The position numbers were made by a program, and so were the translations under genes. Under the pieces are notes generated by a model that was not told where the DNA came from, ran no database searches, and was given only the letters and a program-made list of their open reading frames with translations. From Octopus bimaculoides (Eukaryota): a DNA stretch of 64,000 nt. This document shows positions 13,234 through 26,520 of the stretch, piece by piece (the stretch's first letter is position 1; every line of letters starts with the position of its first letter). The DNA is taken from the NCBI RefSeq assembly GCF_001194135.2, contig NC_068999.1:20668836-20732835 (forward strand), in the 5' to 3' direction.

Positions 13234-13375
13234 NNNNNNNNNNNNNNNNNNNNNNNAAAACAACATTCAAAAGCCGTACGGCCAAACGCAAATCTGAGGT
13301 AGAACGCTAGTAGTTCGTCTTGCCTTCACAGCGGCTGGAGTGAAAAGAAAGCTGACCACAGGTCACACGAGAGCA

Positions 13376-13613
13376 GAGAGGATGGGGAGGGAGGAAATGG
13401 AACAAGGAGGAAGGGACAGAAGCAGTGAAGTAGAGGCCAGGACAGAAGGGTAGATAGGAAGATAGAGGAAGACAGATAGATAAATAGATAGAGAGGATGG
13501 TGGAGGGAGGAAGTGGAACAAGGAGGAAGGGACAGAAGGGTATAGCAGTGAAGTAGAGGCCAGGACAGAGGTATAGATAGAAAGATGGAGGGAGACAGAT
13601 AGATAAATAGATA
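13376..13613. repeat. Two-unit purine-rich tandem duplication (115 + 123 bp)
   Basis: gagaggatgg..ggaacaaggaggaagggacaga..gcagtgaagtagaggccaggacaga..gacagatagataaatagata occurs at 13376-13490 and 13491-13613. Confidence 0.9.
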
Positions 13614-15484
13614 GAAAGATATATATATATATGTATGCATATATATACCATACATAGAGAGACAGACAGACAGAAAGAGACTTATGCAGAGCGAGAAGGG
13701 GAGAGAGGGAAAGAGATGCGGAGAATTGAAAATATTTTTAAAACATCAAAGCGGCGAGCTGGCAAAATCTTTAGTGGTCTTCGAATATACGCCACGTTCT
13801 CTCCCAGAAACATATGATAGTCACACTTTACCGTTTCCACTATCACTAGAGTAACCTCTACGTCTTTGATCTGGCTGGTTTTGTGTCACCTCACCTCCGT
13901 TCACTTTCTCCCAACTCACTTCTTTCTCGACCATATAATATCAATCTCAAGATTATCAGTACCGACTCTGACCAGGCCTTGTCATCAAAATTTAAGTTTG
14001 CTTGAATTACATGCTTAACGATATTTTTCTTGCATCCACCAACTGAAAAGTATCCTAGCAGTAACTCAGCTGCGACAATCTTGTTAACCTCAGAGGGCCT
14101 ACTGTTTCTATGGCAACAGACACATTCTCCTGTCCCACCTCCAATTCACTTACTTCGTCTTACTAGTCAAGGTACATCTTCGGAGAACTAAATTTGATTA
14201 ATTGAAACTCATTGCGTAACAATATATGTAACATTCTAATGTTTTTCTTAAAGCTTGCTTCGAGAATTAAGCAAATACATAATGAATGCCATACGATTGT
14301 CATTCCTGCACTTTTCTTGTTACCCATCCCAAATTTTAACAAATATTTATTTCGTATTAACAAGAGAGTTTCAAAGCTATCACTCTTCAGATAGGTATGC
14401 AATAATTTATCCCCAAATCACACCGCACTGTCCTAAAAAGAAAGGAAAAGACGCATTGTATAATGCTGTTGAAATACAATACGTCTAGAAATTATGTTGT
14501 ATGGCCATCGATAGATTATATTTTATTATTTCTCCATTCCATTGAGACTCACTCGCAGAAAACAATAACAGAAACAAATATTAATTTCTAAATTTAGTAC
14601 AATGTGACAAATTGACAATAAGATATAATCGATTAAATGAAATTGAGTACATTAATGTTTGTAATTTTATCGATCACGTATACAGAAAAGTATCAATTAA
14701 CCATTTCCAGGAATTTTTGACAAGACAAAAGTTAATGACGAAATTTTTCTTTTACAAAGAAATCACTTTCTATGTAAATTTGATTTAATATTCTCATACT
14801 ATTTCAGGTAATATTTAGTTTCTGACAACATATTTCGATTAAGTACAAACAAACATATTTGAGAATTATATATTAACATATTTGTTGTTGCTGTTTTTAA
14901 TTAATATGGATTTAAAATTAAATGTATACATTGATCTGTTTTGAAATTACTGAAGAAACAGAGAGCGTTGGAGATATCAATGTATAAAAGATGAGTTTAC
15001 TCTTTGCTTTTTTATGCTAAATATAGAAGATTAAGCAATAAATATGGATATGCAATATTAATGAAAACTGACATACACGGGTACATATGGATATGACATA
15101 CAAACTCACATACAATGCTGAAGACTATGATACAACGATGAAGCTTAGCAACGTCCACGCACAGCAAAGTCAGGTGAAAATAATATCAGACATATGGCTA
15201 GAGTTTTCTCCCCTCATTTGCATTAAAGATTTTTTTTTTCAATTTTGATGCAAGTACAATTTTACTAACTTCCACGAACCATTGTGCAAAATTGGATATT
15301 TGGAACTGATATAAAATCGGTAAAACTGAATTCAAATGAAGTCCAATTGAATTTTGATAGATCCTTAGGAAACTGAGCCTGAATTCAAACACTTCAATCT
15401 TTCCACTCATGCTGTGAAACTATGAGGCTATTTTCAATGTTTTTCATTCAACATTTTCCACTCATTCACATACAAAAAAAACTT

Positions 15485-15790
15485 ACTGGGCACCATATCG
15501 GGCATTGAGAGGAGTGTAATCACCCGCACTGGTGGTGGTCAACTTTACCATTCAAGACTTGGATAATAATATTCTTCTTCTATTCAGATGGTATGATGCT
15601 GCTGTTCTAAATTCAGCAGATGATCTGCCCCAAGGGCAAGACTCTAGTAGTCACACGTTTCATCATCATCTCCCCATGAATGCTGCAAACACCGGCTGCC
15701 TTCTCGACCCTCAGTTGATTTACCACCATATGAACCTCATCTCCGGGCAGCAGATCACAGCTGACTGGGTGTGTCCTATTTGCTACTGAA
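15485..15790 (-). mobile_element. RTE-type non-LTR retrotransposon RT N-terminal fragment
   Basis: EVHMVVNQLRVEKAAGVCSIHGEMM..NSSIIPSE*KKNIIIQVLNGKVDHHQCG matches the EV..A+..LK.GKAAG.CGIP.E+L..IP.DWK.G+I+P+.KGKGD..DC.NYR pattern of LINE RT domains 0-1; several stops. Confidence 0.75.
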
Positions 15791-17449
15791 TAAGTATCAC
15801 AAAGAACAAGGTATAAAAATGAAATAATAGTGAAAACAAGAGAAAGAATGACTGAACGTGGGGAAACAGAGAGAATGCTCACAGTGATAAGGAAGGCCAT
15901 TCATACGTGAGCAAAATCACTGGGAGGCACTGAGCTCTTTACTTTATTAAATTTATAGCTCACAAATGTTCTCACTGATTTCGCCCAACCTATGAATTAC
16001 AACTATCAATAGCCAAAGATTACGTTTGTCATGTGATCATAGAACATTCTTTGTTGTTATCAACAGAAGAAATCCTTATATAATTACATTTGATTCTAAG
16101 CACATATGTTTGCGCAAATCTATTATTAATCGTATATATTTATATTGACACTATTACGCCTGTTCTCCGATTAAATATACTGCACAGATGAGTAATTACG
16201 TAGTTATTGCAAACGCAGAAACTATTGCACGCATAAAATATATTTTAATCTACTTTTACTAATGCGTTCATTCATAAACGTGACCGCAAGCTATATATAT
16301 ATAAACAAACAAAAATAGATGTATACACATGTGCATGTGTATATATATATGTATGTACATATATACATTTATATATATATATATGTATATTTATATATAT
16401 ATATATATATATATAGGTTCAAAAAAACAATAACAAAAAACNNNNNNNNNNNNNNNNNNNNNNNNNNNNNNNNNNNNNNNNNNNNNNNNNNNNNNNNNNN
16501 NNNNNNNNNNNNNNNNNNNNNNNNNNNNNNNNNNNNNNNNNTATATATATATATATATATATAGTATTAATGTTTGTTTTTAAGTCAAGTTTTAAAAACA
16601 ATTTAACATTAAACTGAAGAACTACTGAATAATGTTTGTAGAGTACATATTTATTATATTTTTACAAGAAGAATAACTTCAAAATTTTGATCTGCTTGCC
16701 TTGATGAGATACTTAGAGATAGGCTACCAGGATGAATCTTCAAAGTCACTCTTTTTGGAGTATAATAATAATATACAGTTTGACACAGCTGCACATGACT
16801 TAAATTATGTGTGTGTTTAGGGCACATTTATCTCATAAGTGCTTGGCAAATTCTGCCTAGCATCTGATGATAAAATGGACATGTTCTATGTGTCCATGAA
16901 ATTTAAGTCATGTAGAGCTGAGTCAAACTATTATTAAAAATATGTAACTCCTACTAAATCAGTTGTGTGCTGCTTTCTTTTGTTTGTTAAATTACTCAGT
17001 ATGAACTGAAAAGATATACGGTGCACACCAATGTAAGAAAAAATTTTTGTTTTCTTTCACCTTTTTGGCACAATTTTACTTTTCTAAGATATCTGGAAGA
17101 AACAACTGCACAGGTTGTCAGCAGGATTTACTCATGAAACATATCCTTAAAATAGATTTATTGAAATATTCATGGCTGATATAAAGCAGAATATGAGGTA
17201 TAGTAAACTAATTTGAAATGATGCTGGTTTTAAGCAAAAATTCTTCAGAACAGAAATTCTCTATGGTAAAAGGACTCAACTATTTCAGAAATAAAAGTTA
17301 AATCACAGAATTGACACTATATTAATATTCGTCAAAATATATTTCTGAGCAAAGGCTAACAAAAGTTCTTAGACCTAACCTAAAGTTTGAGCAATAATAC
17401 ATGCACACACAGACATACACACATATATATACTTAGAAGCATACACTTC

Positions 17450-17820
17450 AGGAGGCAGCAAGGAGGGGCTTAGGTCAGCAGGAACAGGAAGAGGTTGTGC
17501 CCATGGTCGCTGACCTTTGCAAGTCAACACCTGTGGGAAAGGCAGAGGGAGATGTTCTGGGAATAGTGGTCTGTGTGGGACAAGGGTGTGTTGCACACAG
17601 AAAGGTAATGAGAGGACTTGAGACAAGTGGGTAAAGAATATCTGATTGATGCTGGCATAAGACCAACCAGTCCCAAGGAGCAAAGGCCAATATAGTAACA
17701 GTAGAAAAGAGAGAAGACAGCAGACTTGTAGATCTTGAGTTTAGTCCCACTTTGCAGCATCTTGGACATCTTGTTACAAGGGATTGGCTGGCCTGGGGCT
17801 GCCCAATGCCTTCTGAGAGA
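17450..17820 (-). mobile_element. Degenerate RTE-type LINE C-terminal fragment
   Basis: GTKLKIYKSAVFSLFY resembles RTE TKL+VY+AVVLS.LLYG; SINQIFFTHLSQ resembles RLPKQ+F+GEL; frameshifted. Confidence 0.5.
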
Positions 17821-18109
17821 ATTTGGTAAACTGAAATTGCACAGGAACACACCCACATGTACATGTGTGTGTGTCTTATACTTGATACCCGGTATTGATT
17901 TGTTTATATCCTTGTAACATTAGTGGTCTGGTGAAAAAAGAGAATGTTAGAATAAGTAGCAGACTTAATACTAAAAAAGCTTCAAGGTGGTGTTCTTGCA
18001 TGATCTCGCGCGTGCGTGCATGTGTGTGTGTGCACATGCACACATCTGCAGCAGCATACTGATCTTGACACACTTTTCATTCTCATCACAAATGCAGTGA
18101 AGCAATGAA

Positions 18110-18310
18110 TGTCATCCTCATCATCATCTAATACGTCTTCCATGATGGTAGGATCCAATGAACTGGAGAGTTGCATCAAGCACCAATGTCTATGGATTGT
18201 CTTCCTAATGCTAGCCACTTCACAGTGTGTACAGGGTGCATATTTTGTGACACTGGCACTAGTGAGCTTGCCAGATAACCAGTTGAAAACTTGCAACCAA
18301 CAACATTGTA
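18110..18310. mobile_element. Decayed short retroposon with RTE-tail-like motif
   Basis: tatggattgtcttcctaatgctagccacttcacagtgtgtacagggtgc resembles the ggatgcccttcctaacgccaaccac motif of RTE-tail repeats (from memory), with CpG->TpG changes. Confidence 0.45.
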
Positions 18311-20834
18311 TTTCACAAATTGTCACAAAGACAAGAACAAAATTCTTTTGGTGATGACAATCAGTCGTTATCTTAAAGCAATTTTCTATGTGTAGATTTG
18401 TTAATTATAACCATGTACCTCTATGAACATACACAAGATTATTTTTGTCAATTTTGGCAAAACAAGTTCATTTTACAGCTAGTTATCCCTTCTACTACAA
18501 CCATTGTTTGTCAAATTCAACTATAATAACTATATCGATTATGAATATATAAGATGATAAACATGAGTTTTGTGCTGTTTATGAAGGAATTAAGAGAAGT
18601 CCCCCAACACACACACACTCCATGTGGTTATTAATAAGTGTGGAAATCTGCCTTTGTTTCAGACAATGGGGAAAAACAAGTTAAACAGTATCAGATAAAA
18701 AGTGAAGTTCTAAAATGAAAAAATAAAGCATTTTTCAATATATTTAACAAATGAATCTGTTTCAGTAAGACTCCACAATCAATATAATTAAACCCTTGTC
18801 AGTCAACTTCACAGCTATTCTTATCCTATTTTTCTTACCTCATTCAGCTTTGGCAAACACGAGTTCCATTACTACTTTTGGAAGAAAGGAAAACAGACAG
18901 AAATAATTGGTTTCTAGACTGACACACTAAAAGTCACAGTTACTAAAATTGGTAAAGTTTTGGAATCCCTGTTCCTCAGAGTCTTACACCTGATGAAGAA
19001 ACAAAAGAACAGTTATCCTTCTTCACTTCTATCTTTTAGTATTCCAGTGTTTCACACAAAAGAAATTACGAGTTTATAAAAAAAAAGTAGGGCAATAATT
19101 TTCCCCAATAATTGCATTTTTTTTGCATTTTTGCCTTCTACTCTCCTTTCATACTTTTTGGTGGTATAATGACCTTATGTGTAGTTGCTGGATTATCAGA
19201 TATGAACCTGTACAGAAGTATATTTGATACCACAAGGGCTACTGTAAGATGGTGCTCTGTCCACAAATTCTGTGAACGTAAATATGTGCTCCTGATAACA
19301 AGTCTGTACCTTCTCTATGTTTCCAGCCATTTCACATTGTTATATTTTATAGATTTGTCTGCACATGACTAATGTTAAGAGAGCCACAAAACCCTTTAAA
19401 ATGATGAACTAATGAAGCAATCTGTTGAATAAAGTGTCCATATGGAAATAAACGGAGGAGGACGAGTAGATTATGAAAATATTTAACATTACATTTACAA
19501 GAGGAAGACTACGATGAGTGGACAGTAAACAGAAGAAATGTGGATTTAAATATATCCTATTCACTAAAGCCTAAGACAGAGAGAAATATGACCTTAATAA
19601 CCATTATTACGAGTTATTTACATTGATAGAAACTATAAGACTTGTTTTAAATTCTAGCACTTCCTAACATTAACTATTTTAGCAGTGTTATTTCCTATCT
19701 TTCCAACAGAACACACAACCACCACAACGATTCTTATTGTAATTGCATGTAAGAGCGACTTAAACATGATTAAATCGGAAATTCCCAACAGAAGTAATAA
19801 AATAATATTGAAAATATAATGGGATTAATAAGAGAACTAAATATAAACAGTATTTCCACATGGTGAGAATCACGACAACGATGACTACCACCACCAGTAA
19901 TACTAGCACCAACTCAATTATTATTACCTCTTTCACTATTCTTATTATAGTTTTCATTTATTATTAACTCGAGGTAGATAAAAATAGGCACCATTCAATC
20001 AAATATAAAATATCTGTTTAGTGAATAATCAAAAATTCATTTTAATTAATGAGAAATACTGTTGCCTTGTTCAGTAATGAAGGACAATAAAAACAGATGG
20101 TCAAAACATCATGAAATGGTAAAAACAACTATTGTCAAGACAGATTGCAATATTTCTTATTTTCCGACTTTAAATCGAGGTTCTTTTTTTTTCCCCTTAG
20201 CAATAAAATAATAGGAAGACAAGACAGTACAATATAATCAGCTGTACACATTAAGTTTAAGATTAATCAAAATAAATAATTACGTTAATTACTGCAGAGA
20301 AGGGCATTAACAATAACAAAACATCAGGACCTAAGAACAAAACATTAACGTATGGTGTATGGTTGAGAAAATAGCATTTCAAAACCCAGTTATTGATAAA
20401 TATAGCATGAACATCACAACATCTCATTTACTAATGACAGTCCTAAATACATCGCTACATTTTACACAAGACAATCCATTTTTAGTGGCTCCAGTGTGGA
20501 AATGTTTGAATCAACTGTACATATGGTTGTCTTTGATGTCCATCAAATGAGTTTTTTTTTTATGTTTTAGAGTTTAACAACAGAATGAATGAATGACAAA
20601 CCTTGGTCATCCCAGGTCAATAACAACAAACATAAAAACGATACTATAAACTTTACATTCCCCTCTCTCAATCATTGCTAATCGACGAAGAAAGCAAATC
20701 AATTCCACGAGATCGAATTTATCAATCATCACAAAATAAATCGTTTCTCCACATTGGACCGAATCTGAAGGCTCAGTTTCAAGTCGTCATTAAATTTGCA
20801 TCCTAGATCGCCTTCCTCTACAAAGAAACTATTT

Positions 20835-20935
20835 TATGTACTTTTGAGGTCAAATTTGCCTTTCATCCTTTCGAGGTCTATAAAATAAATACCAGTGAAA
20901 AACTAGGGTCAATATAATCGACTTAAGTCACCCAC
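20835..20935 (+). mobile_element. SINE-A core fragment
   Basis: tttgcctttcatcctttcgaggtctataaaataaataccagtg..gggtcaatataatcgactta matches the SINE-A core. Confidence 0.8.
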
Positions 20936-22255
20936 CTAAATTTACTACCCTTCTGCCAGAATTTGAAGGCATTATTTTATGTACTCACAATAGAACCCAA
21001 AATATTTTTTACATAGAAACACATGAAGTCTGCGAGAAGGACTTCTAAGATGCCCACTATTCCCAAGAGTATTTACCCAGGAAATAGTTTCGTTTCAGAA
21101 AGGAACGATTATGGATTTGATTAACAATATATTTTAACACAACACCACACCACAGTAGTAATTATTTTGCTGCTTATGAATGTTGAGTGATAATTTGTGA
21201 TGAAATAAGTGGGACAATTTAGCATGATTATATAAATTATTCTAATGATTTATATCATAATAATAAACAAAAAAAATCTCTGTCCTTTCATAATAGAGAA
21301 TATTAGGGCAAACCGAGAAAAAGTGATATTTCAATATTACTGTTGTGCTATTATTGGAAATCTATACAAATCTAGTCTTTTAAAATGGCTGAATTTTCGA
21401 TGTAAAGATGTAAACAAATTCATATTTTTATTAAGATGAAAAATCATTTTTTTAAGGATGTCTGAAGATTAAATTTAAATAAAATTAACTCGCTAAGCTG
21501 AATTCTTAATGAAAATTTATTGCAGACTGTATAGATATTTTCTATTACATATGAACTAAAAAATAAAGAACTCTATATGAAATGTAAACTATAAGACCTT
21601 AGCTAAGTCTTTTAAAGAAAAGAATTAATAATTTTTGTTCATAAATAATCTTCCTATGGAAAGATTAAGTTTCAATTACTTTCGCTTTTATTTCGTTTAA
21701 AAAGTGTGTTGGCTCAGCAGTATCTTTAAAATGATGCATAAAACATCTTGCGATATTTCTTTCATTTTATTAGGCTCTCAGTTCAAATATAGTTAAGAGA
21801 ATGTACTCCATGCCTCCCGGATCAATAAGACATAGTACCAGATGAGTACTGGTGTCGAGAAAATTCAGGAACTTCCTTCTCTAGATTGCTGTTCTGCCTA
21901 TATGAGAAAGTACTTTTCTTTAGAAAATTCCTCTTGCCTTACTTTCAGTTTCATTTAGCGAGAATGAAACAAAATATGTTGATTTATACATTCTGTAGTT
22001 CTTAATGTTGTGATTAATATTAAGTGCGATACTTCGAATAACTAGGGAAAAAATGAATGAATAATGATTCAGAGTAATAATTGGCCTAAATATATAACAC
22101 AGGTCTGCAAAATTATATGAAGGATGAGAATCGATTACGTATTTAGACCTAGATTTTAAAAAATTAAATTATTTAGAAGTGCAAATTTGAGAGAACAAAC
22201 CGTGCTTTCTTTTACGGAAATATGTAGTTTTCCAATTATTATTAAATTATTTGTT

Positions 22256-22414
22256 TAAGGCGATAAGCTGGCAGAATCTTTAGCCCGCCGGTCGACTTTG
22301 CCTTTCACCTTGTCCAGGTCGATAAAATGAATACCAGTTGAATACTGGGGTTCATGTTATCGACTTACCCCCGTCTCTGAAATTGCTAGCCTTGTGCCAA
22401 AATTGGAAAATAAT
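22256..22414 (+). mobile_element. SINE-A with internal deletion
   Basis: Head joined directly to core (ttagcccgccg|gtcgactttgcc); 15-bp TSD attaaattatttgtt / attaagttatctgtt (22241-22255, 22415-22429). Confidence 0.88.
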
Positions 22415-22860
22415 ATTAAGTTATCTGTTGGTAGTTTTACAAACCAGCTATTGATGGAAAGCGATACATTCACTAAACTATTCTGATTTGTGTCTGATTT
22501 GTGATTTATGAAATGTGCCCGAGTCGATATTAGTTTCTGTTGAGTATTTTAACAGTTAAATCTATGAAACTGATGCCAGGTTTCCATACACCGTGACACA
22601 GTAAACTAGTTTTTTGCCTTATGATTTTCTTCGAGAAAACAAGTCAATTTGCTGATAAGATTACAATTAGAATATATATTCTTGTGGGCATGGATTAGAA
22701 TTTCAGATAATTAGAATTCGCCAGCGTGCTTACAAAATTGTGATTAAGACATTTTAATATTTCTAGTTACTTTGACCTTGTGCCAAAATTTCAAATCGAT
22801 ATTTCTGGTCAATGTGTTTGTTGATTTGAGATGTTAACAATATTTATCTAAAGATTCATA

Positions 22861-23319
22861 GGCGTGGCTGTGTGATAGGAAGTTTGCTTCCCAACCATAT
22901 GGTTCCGGTTTCAGTCTCCTCCGTAGCATCTTAGGTGTATCCTACTATAGCATCAGATTAGGTAGACTGAGGGGCAAGAAAAAGAAAGTTGTTGTGTACT
23001 ATATATATATATATATATATNNNNNNNNNNNNNNNNNNNNNNNNNNNNNNNNNNNNNNNNNNNNNNNNNNNNNNNNNNNNNNNNNNNNNNNNNNNNNNNN
23101 NNNNNNNNNNNNNNNNNNNNNNNNNNNNNNNNNNNNNNNNNNNNNNNNNNNNNNNNNNNNNNNNNNNNNNNNNNNNNNNNNNNNNNNNNNNNNNNNNNNN
23201 NNNNNNNNNNNNNNNNNNNNNNNNNNNNNNNNNNNNNNNNNNNNNNNNNNNNNNNNNNNNNNNNNNNNNNNNNNNNNNNNNNNNNNNNNNNNNNNNNNNN
23301 NNNNNNNNNNNNNNNNNNN

Positions 23320-23384
<65 letters not shown>

Positions 23385-23590
23385 TATATTTATGCTTACC
23401 TGCCACCTTTCCTTGGCAACCAGTCTGGTGTATTTGCGTTACAGCAACTTAGTGATTTTTCAAAAGACCTATAGAATCAGCTTTTAAAAGATGAGACAGT
23501 TGGTCGATCCGTTCAAGTAACTAAGAAATTCTTCAACGCGGTGCCACAGTATGATCTAACGACTGAAACAAGTAAACGATAAAAGATAAA
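22861..23590 (+). mobile_element. SINE-B, full-length with internal (TA)n/(TG)n spanning a gap
   Basis: tRNA-like head ggcgtggctgtgtgataggaagtttgcttcccaaccatatggttccggtttcagtc; microsatellite plus N-run; tail ending gactgaaacaagtaaacgataaaagataaaa. Confidence 0.85.
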
Positions 23591-23619
23591 ACAAAAGTGT
23601 TCCCTACTCAACTATCTTT

Positions 23620-24900
23620 CATTCTCTTATAAAGTACGCAGTGTCCAGCACTCAAACCATATAATTACCCAAACCATTCTTTTCTGTCGTTCTCTACTTA
23701 TTCAAATAGTTTTCATGGAATCGAATATATATTTTCAGTCAACATCTGCGTTCCTGCTACAGACGGTTAATTGCACTCGTTAACTGGATCTCTCAGAGCA
23801 GTTACTGTGAGCCCTGCGGAGTAATTTTTTGCGTCAAATAATAGATTTCTATCATGTTACTAGCTTGGATTGCATTATGTGCAAATGCCATTTGTATCTG
23901 AATTTAAGATTAAGAGAACGCGTTTGAGTTTTCATCAATGACACTTAAATTTGTTTTGAAAAGTTTGATAATATTGTTTCATTGAAATAGTTAAGATTCC
24001 AACACAGTTACAAAGAGAAAAGAAACCAGCCTGTGTCCCTCAAAAATAACTGCCGTTGCACGAATTCCTTATTGAGACCATTTGTGCTTTGCACAGTGCC
24101 GGATGGGTTTTCATATATAATGGGTATAGTTTTGGCATATAAGTCAATAGAATATGTACGAAAACCATTCTCTTAACACTATCAATGATATGGAGTACAA
24201 AGAGATGGATTTAAGATTCCTTCAGATTACGCATAACATGCTTCTCATAAACATTCAAAATTCCTCATGAAATGGCTACATGATTGAAGAAGAGGCTTAC
24301 AGACTCTTCCCAGAAATATACGCCCTTGATATCGAACGTAGGAGGGTGTCAACTGCTAATGTGCTGAAGTCGTAACCATACAAGATGTTAGAGTTTGGAA
24401 CATTCTACACTCTAACAATGATCAATCAAGTGCATTGGTGCTATTGGTGGACACGCACAAAATAAAATGAGGATGAACTAAAGTTAGTGTGGATCAAAAT
24501 TTGGTATCATGTCGAGACGAAACGCATCTCCTTTACGATCGCAAATGAAAACGTGTTAAAATTATGTTTAAGATATCTTTTATTTTTTTTATCTGCAACC
24601 ATGTCTACTGAGAGTTTCATTGTAATAGTCGAGTACGTGGTAAAACCTGTTCTGGAAAACAAATCACATAACCTAAAGGAAATATCTTTGATTAAACGAT
24701 TAATCGACGTGTTCGCTAGTGGAATAATTTGCTTATGTTTTAAGTTTTCGTTTTGATATTTTCCAAGGTACACTGCGAGTTGTGTAGGAGAGACAAGTGA
24801 ATAATGTTTTAATGAGCTTCAGCTATAAGAAGAGAGTAAAGTTTTGACATTGACGCGTTATGAAGCAATTACTTTCTAGATTTTTTGGAAGGACCTGTGT
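23620..24900 (-). mobile_element. Degenerate hAT (Charlie/Buster/SPIN-like) transposase remnant
   Basis: YSLLIAEAH (cf. VSLLIAKAGKPH), KQIIPLANTSINRLIKDIS (cf. IPLSNNTVSRRI.D+S), CVSTNST (cf. VSTDGA), broken VR(WL)SRG and FDSMKTI (cf. FS.MK..KSK) appear in the expected order; many stops; boundaries approximate. Confidence 0.55.
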
Positions 24901-26169
24901 CATTTGGGTGTGATTAAACTCATGTCGGTGACATACCATTTAAACTGTTGCGAATCGGCTGGTGGAAGAAGATGGAGGAAAACATTTCGGTGATGCTATA
25001 GTCTGGCGAGAAAAACTGAGCTTTCTGACTGTTCTGGGGGTAGAACACAATATCGTTGATGATAGAAGGAGATATCTTTGCGTGGGGATTAGCTGAATGT
25101 AAGGTAAAGGTAGAAAAAGCAGAGAGCGAAACAGCACATCTGTAGACAAAGCGTTAAAGTATGATTGACCTTTCTCCGATATTTCTTAGTTAATTGATAT
25201 TTAACAGACTATAATATCGATATAAATCACCAGATTTTCAAGCGAATTTTATAAGTAGAGCATTTAAAATAAACCAAACATAACGCTGAGATCTCCTTGG
25301 AGTTGCCGAAGGGCAAACGTTTTGTTTCTTTAGGTAGATAGTGCTTTCTCAGATGAGAATAAATCTTCTAACTTCCAATATACGCTCGACAGCTCTGTTC
25401 ATAATATAGGTGAATAGATTTGCTTGGTTAAACGAAACTCTTTAAGTTCAGTAGCCATATGGTTTTAGTCTTTTGTACCAAATCAGAAATTATTTAGTTT
25501 TTACGCAAGGTGGATAATATTAGAAGTACATGTTCCTTAAAACTAAATCTGAGAATAATACAATTCCTAAAAGGCAATGGTGTATAAATGTATTTTTGAA
25601 GGGGTCGATACTGTGTAGTTTCTATGAAATGATATTAGAAATCAATGAAATTATGTTTAAGTAAGCAATGACTGTTAATGACAATACACTGTTACTTTAT
25701 ATGACAATGGGATATATTTAGAAATTTCTAATCGATAACATAAGTTTTAACGATGTACCGCTTATTTTCATTTCCTTGTGTCCAATACGAAATATGTCAT
25801 CTGCTTGCTTCTTAGGAGAGGTAATTCTATTAAATATAAACATTTCTACATTTTCTTAAGTAAAGGTCCACATTAACGTGTGTGTGAGCATGTGAGCATT
25901 TGAGTGTGTGATTGGGTGTGTGAGTGTACTTGTACATGTGCATATATATATAAGAATATCTGCATATATATAAGTATGTATGTATTTATGTATGTATGTA
26001 TATATATATATATATATAATTAAGAATCAGTTGAATTAGTTACTAAACTTGGGGCACTTTGCCAGTTCGGTATAGTCTGCACAACACTAAGATAGGTGGA
26101 CAGAATGTAAATAAGTAACAAGGATGTACCGGTATCAATACATTACGGCAGTTTCAAGCGGCTCCATTT

Positions 26170-26520
26170 AATTGATCAATGGGATCATTACATTAAGTTG
26201 AAAGAAACCGCTCTCTTCAGAAGCAGATGACCATATAGATTTCAAACATAATGGATAAGCCATTTCTAACAAATTTACATCAATGATAGAAACCAAAATA
26301 ATTACATTGCTTCCTGATGTTATATATGTGGCATAGTTTAGAAAATGATGCATATCTTATTAAGCTTACTATAATTTAGAGAGCAGCAGAGGAAAAATAG
26401 TGGGAGTCAAGATAGAAGAGTGGTGACGTAGTTATTTGTATTTAGATGTAGACTTCAACCATTTAGAATTAAATCCATTGGGAGTTGTCAACTGTATTTC
26501 AGTTGATGGTGATAAATGAA
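26170..26520 (-). pseudogene. Putative PLE RT C-terminal/thumb remnant
   Basis: EIQLTTPNGFNSKWLKSTSKYK*LRHHSS..HFLNYATYITS..RNG/YPL resembles I..T.NGF.T.WY.KPT..YL.++S.H..LL.RA..ICS..NGYP; frameshifted. Confidence 0.45.

Noticed and set aside
13800-14200. Possible L1/Tx1 RT C-terminal relic on minus (VP*LVRRSK*IGGG)
   Set aside because: Only one short motif; cannot be supported by eye.
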